Below the pieces are notes generated by a model. It saw nothing but the letters and a program-made list of their open reading frames with translations. It made no database searches and was not told where the DNA came from. A program made the translations under genes and the position numbers. Shown here one piece after another: positions 8,884-18,041 of a stretch of DNA of 64,000 bases. How positions within the stretch are numbered: the first letter of the stretch is position 1; each line of letters begins with the position of its first letter. This stretch comes from a virus (lineage: Duplodnaviria; Heunggongvirae; Uroviricota; Caudoviricetes), in IMG/VR virus record IMGVR_UViG_2920292642_000002, positions 19,431 through 83,430 of that record; one strand, written 5' to 3'.

Positions 8884-11800
8884 ATGCCCAGCGAACAGAC
8901 CTTCCTCCAGACATGGCTCGGCGGAACCTTCGGCCACGTCGACGGTGACCTCGACTTCCTGAATGCAGATGGCTCAGCCATCGTCACGACCGGCGACTAC
9001 GCCGAGATCGTCCAGTTTATCGAGGAGCAGGAAGAGGTCTTCATCGATCTGGTGGCCGGCGAACTGTTCGCCGGCTTCGCTCTCCAGTTCCCGGACGATG
9101 GAAATGTCGAGGCCGGCGTGTTCGCGCCGAGCTTCGCGATTCGAGGCAACGGCTATCGCTGGGATGTCTATCTTACCGACGCCTCGGACGGTGAGCTTCG
9201 TGGTCTGATCGACGAGCTTCAGCCGCAACAGGACGACACCTATACGGTTGAACGCCTGATCCCGCTACCCATCAACAATTTCGAGATGTCGGACGCGGAC
9301 GCCGATCGCGCGACCGAAGGTTATCGGGTCTTCACTCTGGAGGAAATCGAGGCGGTCTTCTTCGCCCCTGTCGAGGAGCCGGCCGCGCCGGCGACCGAGC
9401 CGTCCGGCCACATCAACGACGCCGAAATCTGGGGCGACGTGACGCCCGAGATGCAGGCGCTCGAAGTCGCCATCTCCACCGCCAAGAATCGAGAGGCCAA
9501 GGAGTGGACGACCCACGACCCGAAGCCGTTCATGGACATCTTCCAGACCGTCTTCTCCAAGCACGTCGCCGGTAAGAAGGACGGCAACTCCGTCGTGCTG
9601 GGCGCGCTCGGGCAGCAGACCAAGCGGCGCACAAAGACCAACGTCATCCGCAATTCGATGATGGGGCTCGACATCGACTCGGGTGCGTCCATGGAGGAGA
9701 CCTTCCAGCGCGTCCGCAAGATGGGTCTGGCCGCGATCTTCTACACCACGCACAGCCATGGCTCGACCGAGATCGAGATCGCCTACGACAAGTTCTATCG
9801 CTGGGCGCTCAAGAATGAGATCGAGCCGTCCGAGTCGACGGAACTGATCCGCCGCTACATGCGCGAGGAGACCAACTACGTCTCCGACGTGTGCGACCAT
9901 TCCGAGTTCGTGGAGAAGCGTCACGAGGACGGCATGAAGCTGATCCTGCGCACCCGGCCGATCGACAAGTTCCGCGTGATCTTCCCGCTCAAGGAAGCCT
10001 TCGTCTACGCGCAGCAGCAAGGCGCGCATAAGGACGTGATCCATCAGTGGGAATTGAAGGTCCTCGGCATGGGCCGCTCGATCGGCGTCGAGATCGACCG
10101 CGTCGCGCGCGACCCGAGCCGCCTTTTCTACCTGCCGCGCCACGGTAAGGACTCTACCAACCATCGCATCATGCTGACCTGCGGTAAGCTGGTCGCCTAT
10201 GAGGATGTCCCGGCCGCGTCCACCACCAGCCGCGTCTCTGACGATCCGTTCGATCAAGCCGCCGCGATCATGGGCGGCACCATGCGTGGCCGCACCATGT
10301 CACCGACACTCGGCCTCGATCTCGGTCAGTGGGCGAAGGACCACGCGCACGAGTTCGACATTGCCAGCGTCTTTCGCGATCATTGTTCGGATCGCATCCG
10401 CGTCGAGCAGACGCAGGACAAGCTAACGGTCGAGTGTCCGTTCGACGACGACCACTCCAATCCCGGTGATCCCGACGATCCCGGCTGCTTCATCCAGTCG
10501 GCCGGCATGGAGGCGGAGAGCTTTGCTTTCCATTGCAGCCACGCCGGCTGCGCCGGCCGCAACCGTCTGGTCATGCTCCAGAAGGCGATGCAGGAGGACT
10601 GGTTCCCCGACAACGTCCTCAACGACAAGGTCTATCTGGTCGAGAGCGAGGACGAGGAGGAGGAAAAGACCAAGGACGACGCCGGTCCGGATGCGGATGA
10701 CGACGAGGTCGAGGACAAGGCCTATTCCGACCGTCATCAGGAGGCGGTCGAGGCCATCTCCAAAATCTCGAAGGAGGCCAAGCGCTCGCAGATCAAGGAG
10801 GTCTACGAACTGGTTGCGACACTCAACCGGTCGGACCGTGGTCAGTTGGCGAAGACGCTGGCGAAGAAGCTCGGACTCGTCAAGGATGACGTGATCGCCC
10901 ACATCAACAGCCTGCGTTCCAGCGGCGCGGTCGAGGTTGATGACGAGACGCCGGACCCTGCCTCCGTGGTCAAGAATCTGAAGCGCAGGTACAAGGCGTT
11001 CAAGAACTCGAAGAAGCCGATCGTGCCGCAGATCGACGCCAACATGAAAGGCTCGATCGACTATTTCGTAGACACGGTCAGCACGGTGAACGATCAGAAG
11101 CCGATGCTCTTCCTGTACGGCTCGGAGAAAATCCGCTGCGTCCGGTCGACCAATAACGAGTTCCATCCCGAGACTCTGTCCAAGCCGGTGATGCGATCGG
11201 TGGCGATCGAGGAACTGGACGTGGTCGAGATCACGGCGGATGGGACCGTGAATCGAAAGGCCGTCAATGACGTGATGGCCGAGCAGGCTTGCATGTCGAC
11301 CCGGTTGAAGCTGCACAAGCTCGACGGCTATTCCGACCTGCCCTACTTCACCCGTGAGGGCAAGCTGGTCACCACGCCCGGCTATGATCGCGACGGCCGG
11401 CGTATCCTGCGCCTCTCCGAGAATGCGGAAAGCGCCTATGCGCCGGACAAGTTGCTCCCGGTGACGGCCGAGAACCTGCGCTTGGCCAAGGATGAAATCC
11501 GCTACGTGTTCTCCGACTTCCCGTTCAAGGATGCGGAAGTCGGCGACGGCGGCGCGTCCTCCTATTGCCACCTTCTGGCAATGATGCTCCAGCCGCTGGT
11601 CCGATCCATGTTCGACGGCAACAGTCCGTTCTACATGGTCAACAAGCCGATGGCCGGCACAGGCGCGACGCTCATGGTCACCACGGCGATGCACATCGCC
11701 ACCGGCACCAATCCTGGCACCGTGGCGATGTCGCACAATGACGAGGAGCTTCGCAAGGCGATCACGGCCCGGTTCCAGACCGGAACCAACGTCACCTTCT

Positions 11801-12633
11801 TCGACAACCTGACCCAGCCGTTGAGCAGTCCGCATCTGGCGAACCTCGCGACTTCGGCGGAATGGGAGGATCGCATCCTCGGCCAGACGACGATGACCAA
11901 GATTCCGAACCGGATGCAGGTGATCGTCGCCGGTAACAGCGTGCGGACCTCGGAGGAGAACACACGCCGCGTGCTGCCGATCTTCCTCGATACGCTCGAC
12001 GATCCGACCGAGCGTAAGGGATTCAAAATCAACGACCTCAAGGGTTATGTCGAAGAGAACCGCGAGGAGCTTTTCAAATACCTTATCTTGTTGGTCCAGT
12101 ATTGGCTCCAGAACCGCCCGGCCGGCTGGGACTATCGCAACTGGAAGGGTTTCAAGCTGCCGTCGTTCGAGCAGTATTGCGCCGTCATGGGCTCCATCAT
12201 GGAGACGATCGGTGTCGAAGGCTTTGGCGTCAATTGCAAGTACGTCCGTGCCGAGAACTCGGACCGGCAGGCGTGGAACGTCTTCCTCGGCGAGGTCGCC
12301 TCGAAGGCCAAAATTACCGCACTCGTACCGTTCGTCGAGTCGAAGCCGTTCACCCAGCACCAGATGGCCGGCTGGTTCGTCGACTGGGAGAACAAGATGG
12401 AGCTTCGCGTCAACGGACAGGCGCGACCGCTTCAAGGTATCGACGTGGACGATGTCAACCGCGATTTCTCGCGTCTCGTGCCCGGCATCCAGAACAACAT
12501 CTTCAAGATCATGTGGGAGGAAGCGCGCGACCACCATGTCGAGGTCAAGGTCCGCTTGCACGTCGGCAAGGACGCCAAAGGCGCGCCGCTCTTCACTCTG
12601 CGGCGGGTCGGCGAGAGCGCCGAGGCAGCCTAA
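8884..12633 (+). CDS. large replication protein: putative primase-polymerase (AEP-like) with zinc-ribbon and C-terminal NTPase-like region (1249 aa)
   Basis: GLDIDSG (acidic motif) and YTTHSHGSTEI resemble prim-pol motifs I/II; CPFDDDHSNPGDPDDPGCF zinc-binding primase-like motif; acidic linker; no close recall beyond family level. Confidence 0.55.
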   Translation: MPSEQTFLQTWLGGTFGHVDGDLDFLNADGSAIVTTGDYAEIVQFIEEQEEVFIDLVAGELFAGFALQFPDDGNVEAGVFAPSFAIRGNGYRWDVYLTDASDGELRGLIDELQPQQDDTYTVERLIPLPINNFEMSDADADRATEGYRVFTLEEIEAVFFAPVEEPAAPATEPSGHINDAEIWGDVTPEMQALEVAISTAKNREAKEWTTHDPKPFMDIFQTVFSKHVAGKKDGNSVVLGALGQQTKRRTKTNVIRNSMMGLDIDSGASMEETFQRVRKMGLAAIFYTTHSHGSTEIEIAYDKFYRWALKNEIEPSESTELIRRYMREETNYVSDVCDHSEFVEKRHEDGMKLILRTRPIDKFRVIFPLKEAFVYAQQQGAHKDVIHQWELKVLGMGRSIGVEIDRVARDPSRLFYLPRHGKDSTNHRIMLTCGKLVAYEDVPAASTTSRVSDDPFDQAAAIMGGTMRGRTMSPTLGLDLGQWAKDHAHEFDIASVFRDHCSDRIRVEQTQDKLTVECPFDDDHSNPGDPDDPGCFIQSAGMEAESFAFHCSHAGCAGRNRLVMLQKAMQEDWFPDNVLNDKVYLVESEDEEEEKTKDDAGPDADDDEVEDKAYSDRHQEAVEAISKISKEAKRSQIKEVYELVATLNRSDRGQLAKTLAKKLGLVKDDVIAHINSLRSSGAVEVDDETPDPASVVKNLKRRYKAFKNSKKPIVPQIDANMKGSIDYFVDTVSTVNDQKPMLFLYGSEKIRCVRSTNNEFHPETLSKPVMRSVAIEELDVVEITADGTVNRKAVNDVMAEQACMSTRLKLHKLDGYSDLPYFTREGKLVTTPGYDRDGRRILRLSENAESAYAPDKLLPVTAENLRLAKDEIRYVFSDFPFKDAEVGDGGASSYCHLLAMMLQPLVRSMFDGNSPFYMVNKPMAGTGATLMVTTAMHIATGTNPGTVAMSHNDEELRKAITARFQTGTNVTFFDNLTQPLSSPHLANLATSAEWEDRILGQTTMTKIPNRMQVIVAGNSVRTSEENTRRVLPIFLDTLDDPTERKGFKINDLKGYVEENREELFKYLILLVQYWLQNRPAGWDYRNWKGFKLPSFEQYCAVMGSIMETIGVEGFGVNCKYVRAENSDRQAWNVFLGEVASKAKITALVPFVESKPFTQHQMAGWFVDWENKMELRVNGQARPLQGIDVDDVNRDFSRLVPGIQNNIFKIMWEEARDHHVEVKVRLHVGKDAKGAPLFTLRRVGESAEAA

Positions 12634-12635
12634 AG

Positions 12636-12665
12636 AAAAGGCCCGGTCAATGCCGGGCCTTTTTG
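12636..12665. terminator. bidirectional rho-independent terminator
   Basis: GGCCCGGTCAATGCCGGGCC hairpin flanked by AAAGAAAA and TTTTTGA. Confidence 0.6.
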
Positions 12666-12667
12666 AT

Positions 12668-12865
12668 TCATTCGCTCTTGAAGAGAAAAGCGCGGACCGC
12701 CGCGTCCTTGGCTTCGAGGAGTTTTCGGAGTGCCACGGTGCGCTCGGGGTTGCGCGGCAGCGTGTCGACGATGCTCTTGGCCATCTCGCCGAACGGGCGA
12801 GAGATGTCCTGCAAGTGCGCCGGAAGATGCTCGTAGGCGAAGAACTGAAGGATTGCTTCCTGCAT
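12668..12865 (-). CDS. hypothetical small protein (65 aa)
   Basis: ORF track; flanked by hairpin terminators at 12636-12665 and 12893-12920. Confidence 0.45.
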   Translation of the reverse strand: MQEAILQFFAYEHLPAHLQDISRPFGEMAKSIVDTLPRNPERTVALRKLLEAKDAAVRAFLFKSE

Positions 12866-13299
12866 AAAGACTCCGTGCTGATGTTGAAAAGAAAAAGCCC
12901 GGCTGGAGCCGGGCTTTCTTCCCCTGTTCTGTTTACAGGCCGGGGATGCCCAGTGGGTTACGCCGCGAGGCGGTTGGCCACAGGGAAATTGTCGTTTGCG
13001 ACAGTTTCTAGGTTCGGACGATAACGGTGTACCTCACCGGGTCGCGTGTCCCCTTGCTCACAGCAGTCGATCCTATTTCGCCCCCATCATAACCACACTG
13101 AGCGCTGCCGTCTTGTGGAAGGCGCGGCCGTTGCCAGTGACGCCCACAGGCGTGATATCTAACCCCAAACGCGGGCCAGTGTGGTTATGGTGGAGGCGGC
13201 GGGTTCCGCCCCCGCGTCCTGCATGCAATCCAGTTTCCCGGATTACGACCATGCGACGTACATACTCCGAAGACCGAGGTGCTGTCAAGTGTTTCTTGC

Positions 13300-13599
13300 C
13301 TAGCCGGTCAAAATTTTCTGCGCCTGTGTGGTCAGGCCTCCATGCTCCACGATCGCCGCGAAGATGAAGTTGATGAGGTCCTGCGGATCAGTTTTTGGCT
13401 TCCGCTTCCCGAACTCCACCTGCTCGTACTCCTTCCAACGCTCATTGAGGGAGTCGGCGCAGGCCTTCGCCTTCGCCTGCGAAGCGAAGACGATCTCGAC
13501 GCCGGGGAACTCCGCATCCTTCCAGAAGAGAATCGTGCGGCCCTTGCGATGGCAGAGCCGCCACGACTTGTCGTCATGCTGTCGCGCGCCGAAGGCCAT
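13300..13599 (-). CDS. hypothetical protein (99 aa)
   Basis: ORF track; start/stop overlap with upstream 256-aa gene suggests operon. Confidence 0.5.
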   Translation of the reverse strand: MAFGARQHDDKSWRLCHRKGRTILFWKDAEFPGVEIVFASQAKAKACADSLNERWKEYEQVEFGKRKPKTDPQDLINFIFAAIVEHGGLTTQAQKILTG

Positions 13600-14369
13600 C
13601 AGCCGTCCTCCAGTCCTGCCAAGGTCTCGCGAATCGTGGCGAGGCGCGTCGTGAAACCCAACGGCTCAAGAAACTCCTCGGATTTCCGCAGGTGGGTGAC
13701 GATAGCCTCCTTCGTGATGGCTCCGTCCTTGATCCGCTTGTGGAAGTATTCGGCCGGCGTCAGGTTCTCAAGCGCGTGAGGACCCTTGGCCTGAGCGACG
13801 ATCTGGAATCGCCTGAGCTTGATGTCCGCCTCCGAGGGAGGATGGTGATCGTCGATCCGATCGACCTCGACCATTTCCGGGAAAGCAATGACTTCATTTT
13901 CGTCCGACAGGAACAGCAGGACATTCGGCACCGGTAGGCGTCCGACCGTCACCGTGGGTTGGTGGGAGCCGGAGAGGTTGGCGAACTGCTCGGCGCGGGC
14001 ACGCTTGGTCGTCCACGAGAAGCCTGTGTGGTTGAGTGCAGAGCCTCCGCGATAGACCTTCAGAGGGGCATCGCGCCGCGCCGCCCGCTTGATGAAGTCA
14101 AGCTCCTCGGCACTCATCGCCATGAACCGGGCCGGCGACTGGATGCGCGCCAGAGTCAGCATGTTCCTGATCTCAACTCCATGCAGGAAGAGAGATTCCG
14201 ATTCACGCCAGACCCTGCGGAACAGGGACCAGAACGCCTCATCGGTAAGCTCCTCATGAATATCGTGCAGGGCGGAAACCCGCTCGAATTTGTCGTGCAT
14301 CGTGAAGATGGCACGGACGAGATCGTCCAACATGTTTTTTGCCTCCCCGTAGAGTTTTGATTGACACAA
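13599..14369 (-). CDS. hypothetical protein (256 aa)
   Basis: ORF track; non-shadow composition; weak R/S-T/E pattern (YRGGSA, FSWTT, EMVEVD) noted. Confidence 0.5.
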   Translation of the reverse strand: MCQSKLYGEAKNMLDDLVRAIFTMHDKFERVSALHDIHEELTDEAFWSLFRRVWRESESLFLHGVEIRNMLTLARIQSPARFMAMSAEELDFIKRAARRDAPLKVYRGGSALNHTGFSWTTKRARAEQFANLSGSHQPTVTVGRLPVPNVLLFLSDENEVIAFPEMVEVDRIDDHHPPSEADIKLRRFQIVAQAKGPHALENLTPAEYFHKRIKDGAITKEAIVTHLRKSEEFLEPLGFTTRLATIRETLAGLEDG

Positions 14370-14450
14370 TCGGCAAGGAAATCTATACGGACTGCGATCG
14401 CGACAATCAATAGACTCTGTCGCGTTTTAACAAGGGATAAGTGGGGCAAC

Positions 14451-15680
14451 ATGTCCGATTTCGAGTTTATCGCCCAAGAGGGCAAGATGAGGTCCCATAT
14501 CAAGGCGTGGAACAGGGGCGTCGAGTTCGACGAGGGCACCTATGCCCAACTTAGAAACATCGCCAGCCTGCCATTCATCCACAAGCATGTGGCCGCTATG
14601 CCAGATGCACATGTCGGCATCGGAGCGACGGTCGGTTCGGTCATCGCCACCAAGGGCGCAGTGATCCCGGCAGCGGTCGGAGTCGACCTCGGCTGCGGAA
14701 TGATGGCGTGGCGCATCTCCCTGAAGGAGAGCGATCTGCCCGACTCGCTTGGCCACATCCGCGCCGAGATGGAGCGCGCGACGCCGCACGGTCGCACCAA
14801 CAACGGTGAGAAGGGTGATCGCGGCGCGTGGGATAACGCTCCGACCTCTGCACTCAACCGCTGGAATGGTCTCTTCGATCGTTACGAACAGATCATCGCC
14901 AAGCACCCGAAGGCCAAGAGCTACAACGGCCTCAACCATCTCGGCACGCTCGGCACCGGCAACCACTTCATCGAGCTTTGCGGTGACGAGAATCAGGACC
15001 TCTGGGTCATGCTGCATTCCGGCTCGCGTGGCATCGGCAACAAGATCGGCTCCTACTTCATTGAGCAGGCGAAGAAGGAGATGGAGCGCTACCACGTCAC
15101 CGAGTACCTGCCGAATGCGGACTGCGCCTATCTGGTCGAACACACCGAGCTTTTCCAAGACTATGTCGAGGCGGTTAGCTGGGCTCAGGACTTCGCGTGG
15201 GAGAACCGCAAGCAGATGATGCACCAGACCATTATGGCCCTGCGGAAGGTGCTGCCGCCGTTCGCTGTAACCCAAGAGGCGATCAACTGCCATCACAACT
15301 ACATCTCTCGCGAGCATCATTTCGGCGAGAACGTGATCGTCACGCGCAAGGGCGCTGTCCGGGCGCGCGAAGGTGATCTCGGGATCATCCCCGGCTCCAT
15401 GGCAACCGGCTCCTACATCGTGCGCGGCAAGGGGAATCACGATTCCTTCTGCTCGTGCTCGCATGGTGCCGGCCGGCGCATGAGCCGTGGTCAGGCCTTC
15501 AAGGCGATCAGCCTCGAAGACCACATCAAGGCGACCGAGGGGGTTGAGTGCAGAAAGGATGCCGACGTGATCGACGAGAGCCCGGCAGCCTACAAGGACC
15601 TCGGCGCGGTGCTCGCCGCCCAGTCCGATCTCGTCGAGGTCGTGCACCGGCTGCGGACGCTCGTGAACGTCAAGGGTTGA
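14451..15680 (+). CDS. rtcB: RNA-splicing ligase RtcB (3'-phosphate/5'-OH RNA ligase)
   Basis: VGVDLGCGM, GNHFIELCGDEN, HSGSRGIGNKIG, SCSHGAGRRMSRGQA metal/GTP-binding motifs; start aligned to canonical RtcB N-terminus (MSDFEFIAQEGKMRSHIKAW). Confidence 0.9.
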   Translation: MSDFEFIAQEGKMRSHIKAWNRGVEFDEGTYAQLRNIASLPFIHKHVAAMPDAHVGIGATVGSVIATKGAVIPAAVGVDLGCGMMAWRISLKESDLPDSLGHIRAEMERATPHGRTNNGEKGDRGAWDNAPTSALNRWNGLFDRYEQIIAKHPKAKSYNGLNHLGTLGTGNHFIELCGDENQDLWVMLHSGSRGIGNKIGSYFIEQAKKEMERYHVTEYLPNADCAYLVEHTELFQDYVEAVSWAQDFAWENRKQMMHQTIMALRKVLPPFAVTQEAINCHHNYISREHHFGENVIVTRKGAVRAREGDLGIIPGSMATGSYIVRGKGNHDSFCSCSHGAGRRMSRGQAFKAISLEDHIKATEGVECRKDADVIDESPAAYKDLGAVLAAQSDLVEVVHRLRTLVNVKG

Positions 15681-15686
15681 GTGCAG

Positions 15687-15860
15687 ATGGGCGACCGGCT
15701 GCTCCTTGAGTGGAGCAAGAAAGGCATCTGGTACGGTTCGACAGACCCAAAGTACGTCGAACCGTACCGTGAATGGGCTCTGGAAGCCCTATCCAAAACA
15801 TCCGAGCGCTACGTCTATCTGCACGGCAGGGCTCGGATTTCATTCTACGAGGGATGTTGA
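15687..15860 (+). CDS. hypothetical small protein (57 aa, MGDRLLLEWSKKGIWYG...)
   Basis: manual translation; ATG immediately after GGTTGAGTGCAG junction containing rtcB stop. Confidence 0.4.
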   Translation: MGDRLLLEWSKKGIWYGSTDPKYVEPYREWALEALSKTSERYVYLHGRARISFYEGC

Positions 15861-15865
15861 CGGTA

Positions 15866-16042
15866 ATGGAATCTGTTGTCGTTGAGTTCCCGACTGGGCG
15901 GCGCGAAGTCGCCGCCTATCTCGACACGTCGCGAAGGCGTGCGCTCCAGCTTCCAGTGGTCACGCCAGCACCGATTCCCGGCTATCGCTTCGAGCAGTCG
16001 ATCGCCGGAGACTGGTACGCCTTTGAAACATGGAGGGACTAA
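15866..16042 (+). CDS. hypothetical small protein (MESVVVEFPTGRREVAAYL...)
   Basis: internal Met of ORF 15773..16042; coupled TAATG to next gene. Confidence 0.35.
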   Translation: MESVVVEFPTGRREVAAYLDTSRRRALQLPVVTPAPIPGYRFEQSIAGDWYAFETWRD

Positions 16043-16452
16043 TGTCTGATCCTTCTCCGTGGGCCAACCCGCCTAAGAACGTTCCGGAACCTCGGCGTCC
16101 ACAGGCCTTCGTCGCGATCTCATCAGTCGAATATGACCGGGTCTGTGAGCACCTGATCCGGGTGGCGGCTGGTCTTAGACGCCTTGCCGGTAAGAAGGTC
16201 GCCCTTGGTTTTGGCTGGACCACCATGCCGGCGTTGAAGCTCGACGATAGTCAATTGCGGGAGCGGGTCGTCATCAACAACGACATTCCGCAGCGGTACG
16301 GACGCCTTCTCGACGATAGGGGTGAATGGGCTGAAGCACCCCTTACCAATCTCTTTCCCTCGATCGAGGACAGGTCGAAGGAAGACGATGAGGTAGGTCA
16401 GTGGACCTACTTCTTTGTGGACTGGTTCGAAAGGCCGGCGTGCCATGGGTAG
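16042..16452 (+). CDS. hypothetical protein (about 136 aa, MSDPSPWANPPKN...)
   Basis: ORF 16030..16452 from ATG 16042. Confidence 0.4.
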   Translation: MSDPSPWANPPKNVPEPRRPQAFVAISSVEYDRVCEHLIRVAAGLRRLAGKKVALGFGWTTMPALKLDDSQLRERVVINNDIPQRYGRLLDDRGEWAEAPLTNLFPSIEDRSKEDDEVGQWTYFFVDWFERPACHG

Positions 16453-16606
16453 CGCGGCCGACGACCTGTTCGACGCGGTGCTGCGTGAGCAGGAGATGCG
16501 ACATATCCTGCGCACCGCCTGCCCCTGTCACAATGAGAGCAACTGGTTCCGCAACGACGATGGCGTGATGGAATGCCGTCAATGCGGGGAAATGGTGGAT
16601 GAATAG
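16445..16606 (+). CDS. hypothetical small zinc-ribbon-like protein (CPCHNESNWF...CRQCGEM)
   Basis: ORF 16415..16606 from internal ATG 16445. Confidence 0.35.
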   Translation: MGSAADDLFDAVLREQEMRHILRTACPCHNESNWFRNDDGVMECRQCGEMVDE

Positions 16607-16607
16607 G

Positions 16608-17069
16608 ATGAGTGCAGAGCCTCAATACAAGAACATTCCAACGGTCTGCGTCACCGTCGTGCCGTTGACCACTGACAACAGGTTCAGCGGCATATTGCTG
16701 GTGAAGCGCGGTCTCAAGGACGATTGGCACGGTAAGTTGGCGCTACCGGGCGGCTATCAGGAGTTTGGCGAGACGTGGCAGGAGGCAGCCGCGCGCGAAG
16801 TTCGCGAGGAGACCGGGCACGAGGTCGAGATCGCGAGCAGGCCTTTTGCAGTCATGACGGTTCCGTCCGGCCACAACCTAATTTTCGGCGTGGCTTATCC
16901 GATCCCGTTCGACCAGCATGCCAACTACGAGCAGGTCGAGACGCTGGAGATCATGGCCGGCCGGGAGCCGTTCGAGCTTGCCTTTCCAGCGCACACCCAG
17001 ATTTACAATACGTGCCTGAGATTCCTCCGACAATCGCTGGACCTGAGCCACCTTTTCAGTAAAACTTGA
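16608..17069 (+). CDS. NUDIX hydrolase
   Basis: Nudix box GGYQEFGETWQEAAAREVREETG. Confidence 0.7.
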   Translation: MSAEPQYKNIPTVCVTVVPLTTDNRFSGILLVKRGLKDDWHGKLALPGGYQEFGETWQEAAAREVREETGHEVEIASRPFAVMTVPSGHNLIFGVAYPIPFDQHANYEQVETLEIMAGREPFELAFPAHTQIYNTCLRFLRQSLDLSHLFSKT

Positions 17070-17117
17070 CAGATACGTCCAGAATATCTAACCGAGAACG
17101 TAAATGGGAGTGTACTC

Positions 17118-17285
17118 ATGAACGCCTTCTTCGCCCTCGCCTTCTGGCTCACCATGCTCGCGTCGTGGCTGACGCACTTCTACGTCTCGATCGTCGACGA
17201 CAGGATCGCCCTCCTCTTCCTTGGGACGTTTGTCCCTCCGATCGGCTGGCTGCACGGCCTCGGCGTCTGGGTGGGTCTCTTCTGA
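17118..17285 (+). CDS. small membrane protein (55 aa)
   Basis: manual translation MNAFFALAFWLTMLASWLTHFYVSIVDDRIALLFLGTFVPPIGWLHGLGVWVGLF; GGGAG RBS upstream. Confidence 0.4.
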   Translation: MNAFFALAFWLTMLASWLTHFYVSIVDDRIALLFLGTFVPPIGWLHGLGVWVGLF

Positions 17286-17527
17286 TGGCCCAGCCGGTCG
17301 CGTTTGCCGGTCAGACGGACATCCTCGGCGCACCAAAGGGGAGTGCCGGCGTCAAGCCCCTCCCCTGCTATATGGACGGATCACAGGTGATCTCGGCGTG
17401 GCAACTTTCGCCTGAGGAGATCGAGGAGGTCCTGCGCACGGGCATCGTCTGGTGCTTCGTCATGAGCAGCAACCAGCCGCCAGTTTACCTTACCGGCACG
17501 AACCCGTTTCCCAAGACACAAAACTGA
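17285..17527 (+). CDS. hypothetical protein (80 aa)
   Basis: ATG overlapping previous stop (TGATG); tail of ORF 17066..17527. Confidence 0.4.
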   Translation: MAQPVAFAGQTDILGAPKGSAGVKPLPCYMDGSQVISAWQLSPEEIEEVLRTGIVWCFVMSSNQPPVYLTGTNPFPKTQN

Positions 17528-17561
17528 CGACAATGAGCCTCTGTCATGCTATCTCTTTGAC

Positions 17562-17768
17562 ATGACAGAGATTCAGAAGCTTGAGCGCGCAATCAACCAA
17601 GTCCTCGCCGAGGCAAAGCCCGGTGACGTATTCCTGTGTTGCGCGCAGCACGTAGGCGACTGCCCGCACTATGCCGAGCAGACCTGCGACTGTCCCATGA
17701 TCACGATCACCGAGGAGACGACGGCCGCTGAGGTCGTCGCCCTCTATCAGCAGCAGCCGAAGCACTGA
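17562..17768 (+). CDS. hypothetical Cys-rich small protein (68 aa)
   Basis: ORF track. Confidence 0.4.
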   Translation: MTEIQKLERAINQVLAEAKPGDVFLCCAQHVGDCPHYAEQTCDCPMITITEETTAAEVVALYQQQPKH

Positions 17769-18041
17769 TCATTCCGTCGTCGTGAACTTGGTGCGGTGCT
17801 TGACACAGAACGGGCACTGCCATCCGTACTTGCGCGTTCTCTTGTAGCCACGCGCTCTCGCTTCCTCGGCCGATCGCTTCATCATCCAGTCCGGCCGCTG
17901 CCCAGTCCTGAACAGGAGACCTGAGTTTTCCGCGTCTTGCGTGGCGCACGACATCATCCCATAGGGCGGAGCCTTGCGCCAAATACTGTCCGGCACATCC
18001 TCAGCCGGCGTGTCGCAGTGTATTTCAATCCAGACAGCCAT
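17769..18041 (-). CDS. hypothetical protein with C-terminal zinc-ribbon (CPFCVKH)
   Basis: internal Met (MAVWIEIHCDT) of ORF 17769..18287; upstream remainder is high-GC shadow. Confidence 0.4.
   Translation of the reverse strand: MAVWIEIHCDTPAEDVPDSIWRKAPPYGMMSCATQDAENSGLLFRTGQRPDWMMKRSAEEARARGYKRTRKYGWQCPFCVKHRTKFTTTE

Noticed and set aside
9265-10257. 330-aa minus-strand ORF inside the primase-polymerase gene
   Set aside because: Antisense shadow ORF with Arg/Gly/Asp-rich composition and no start context.
10423-12561. 712-aa minus-strand ORF
   Set aside because: Entirely antisense to the 1249-aa replication gene; typical long open frame in GC-rich antisense strand.
15541-15553. Extra GGGTTGAGTGCAGA copy inside rtcB coding sequence
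   Set aside because: It is in-frame coding (EGVECRK) with no downstream gene start; likely coincidental or a remnant, so not counted as a junction.
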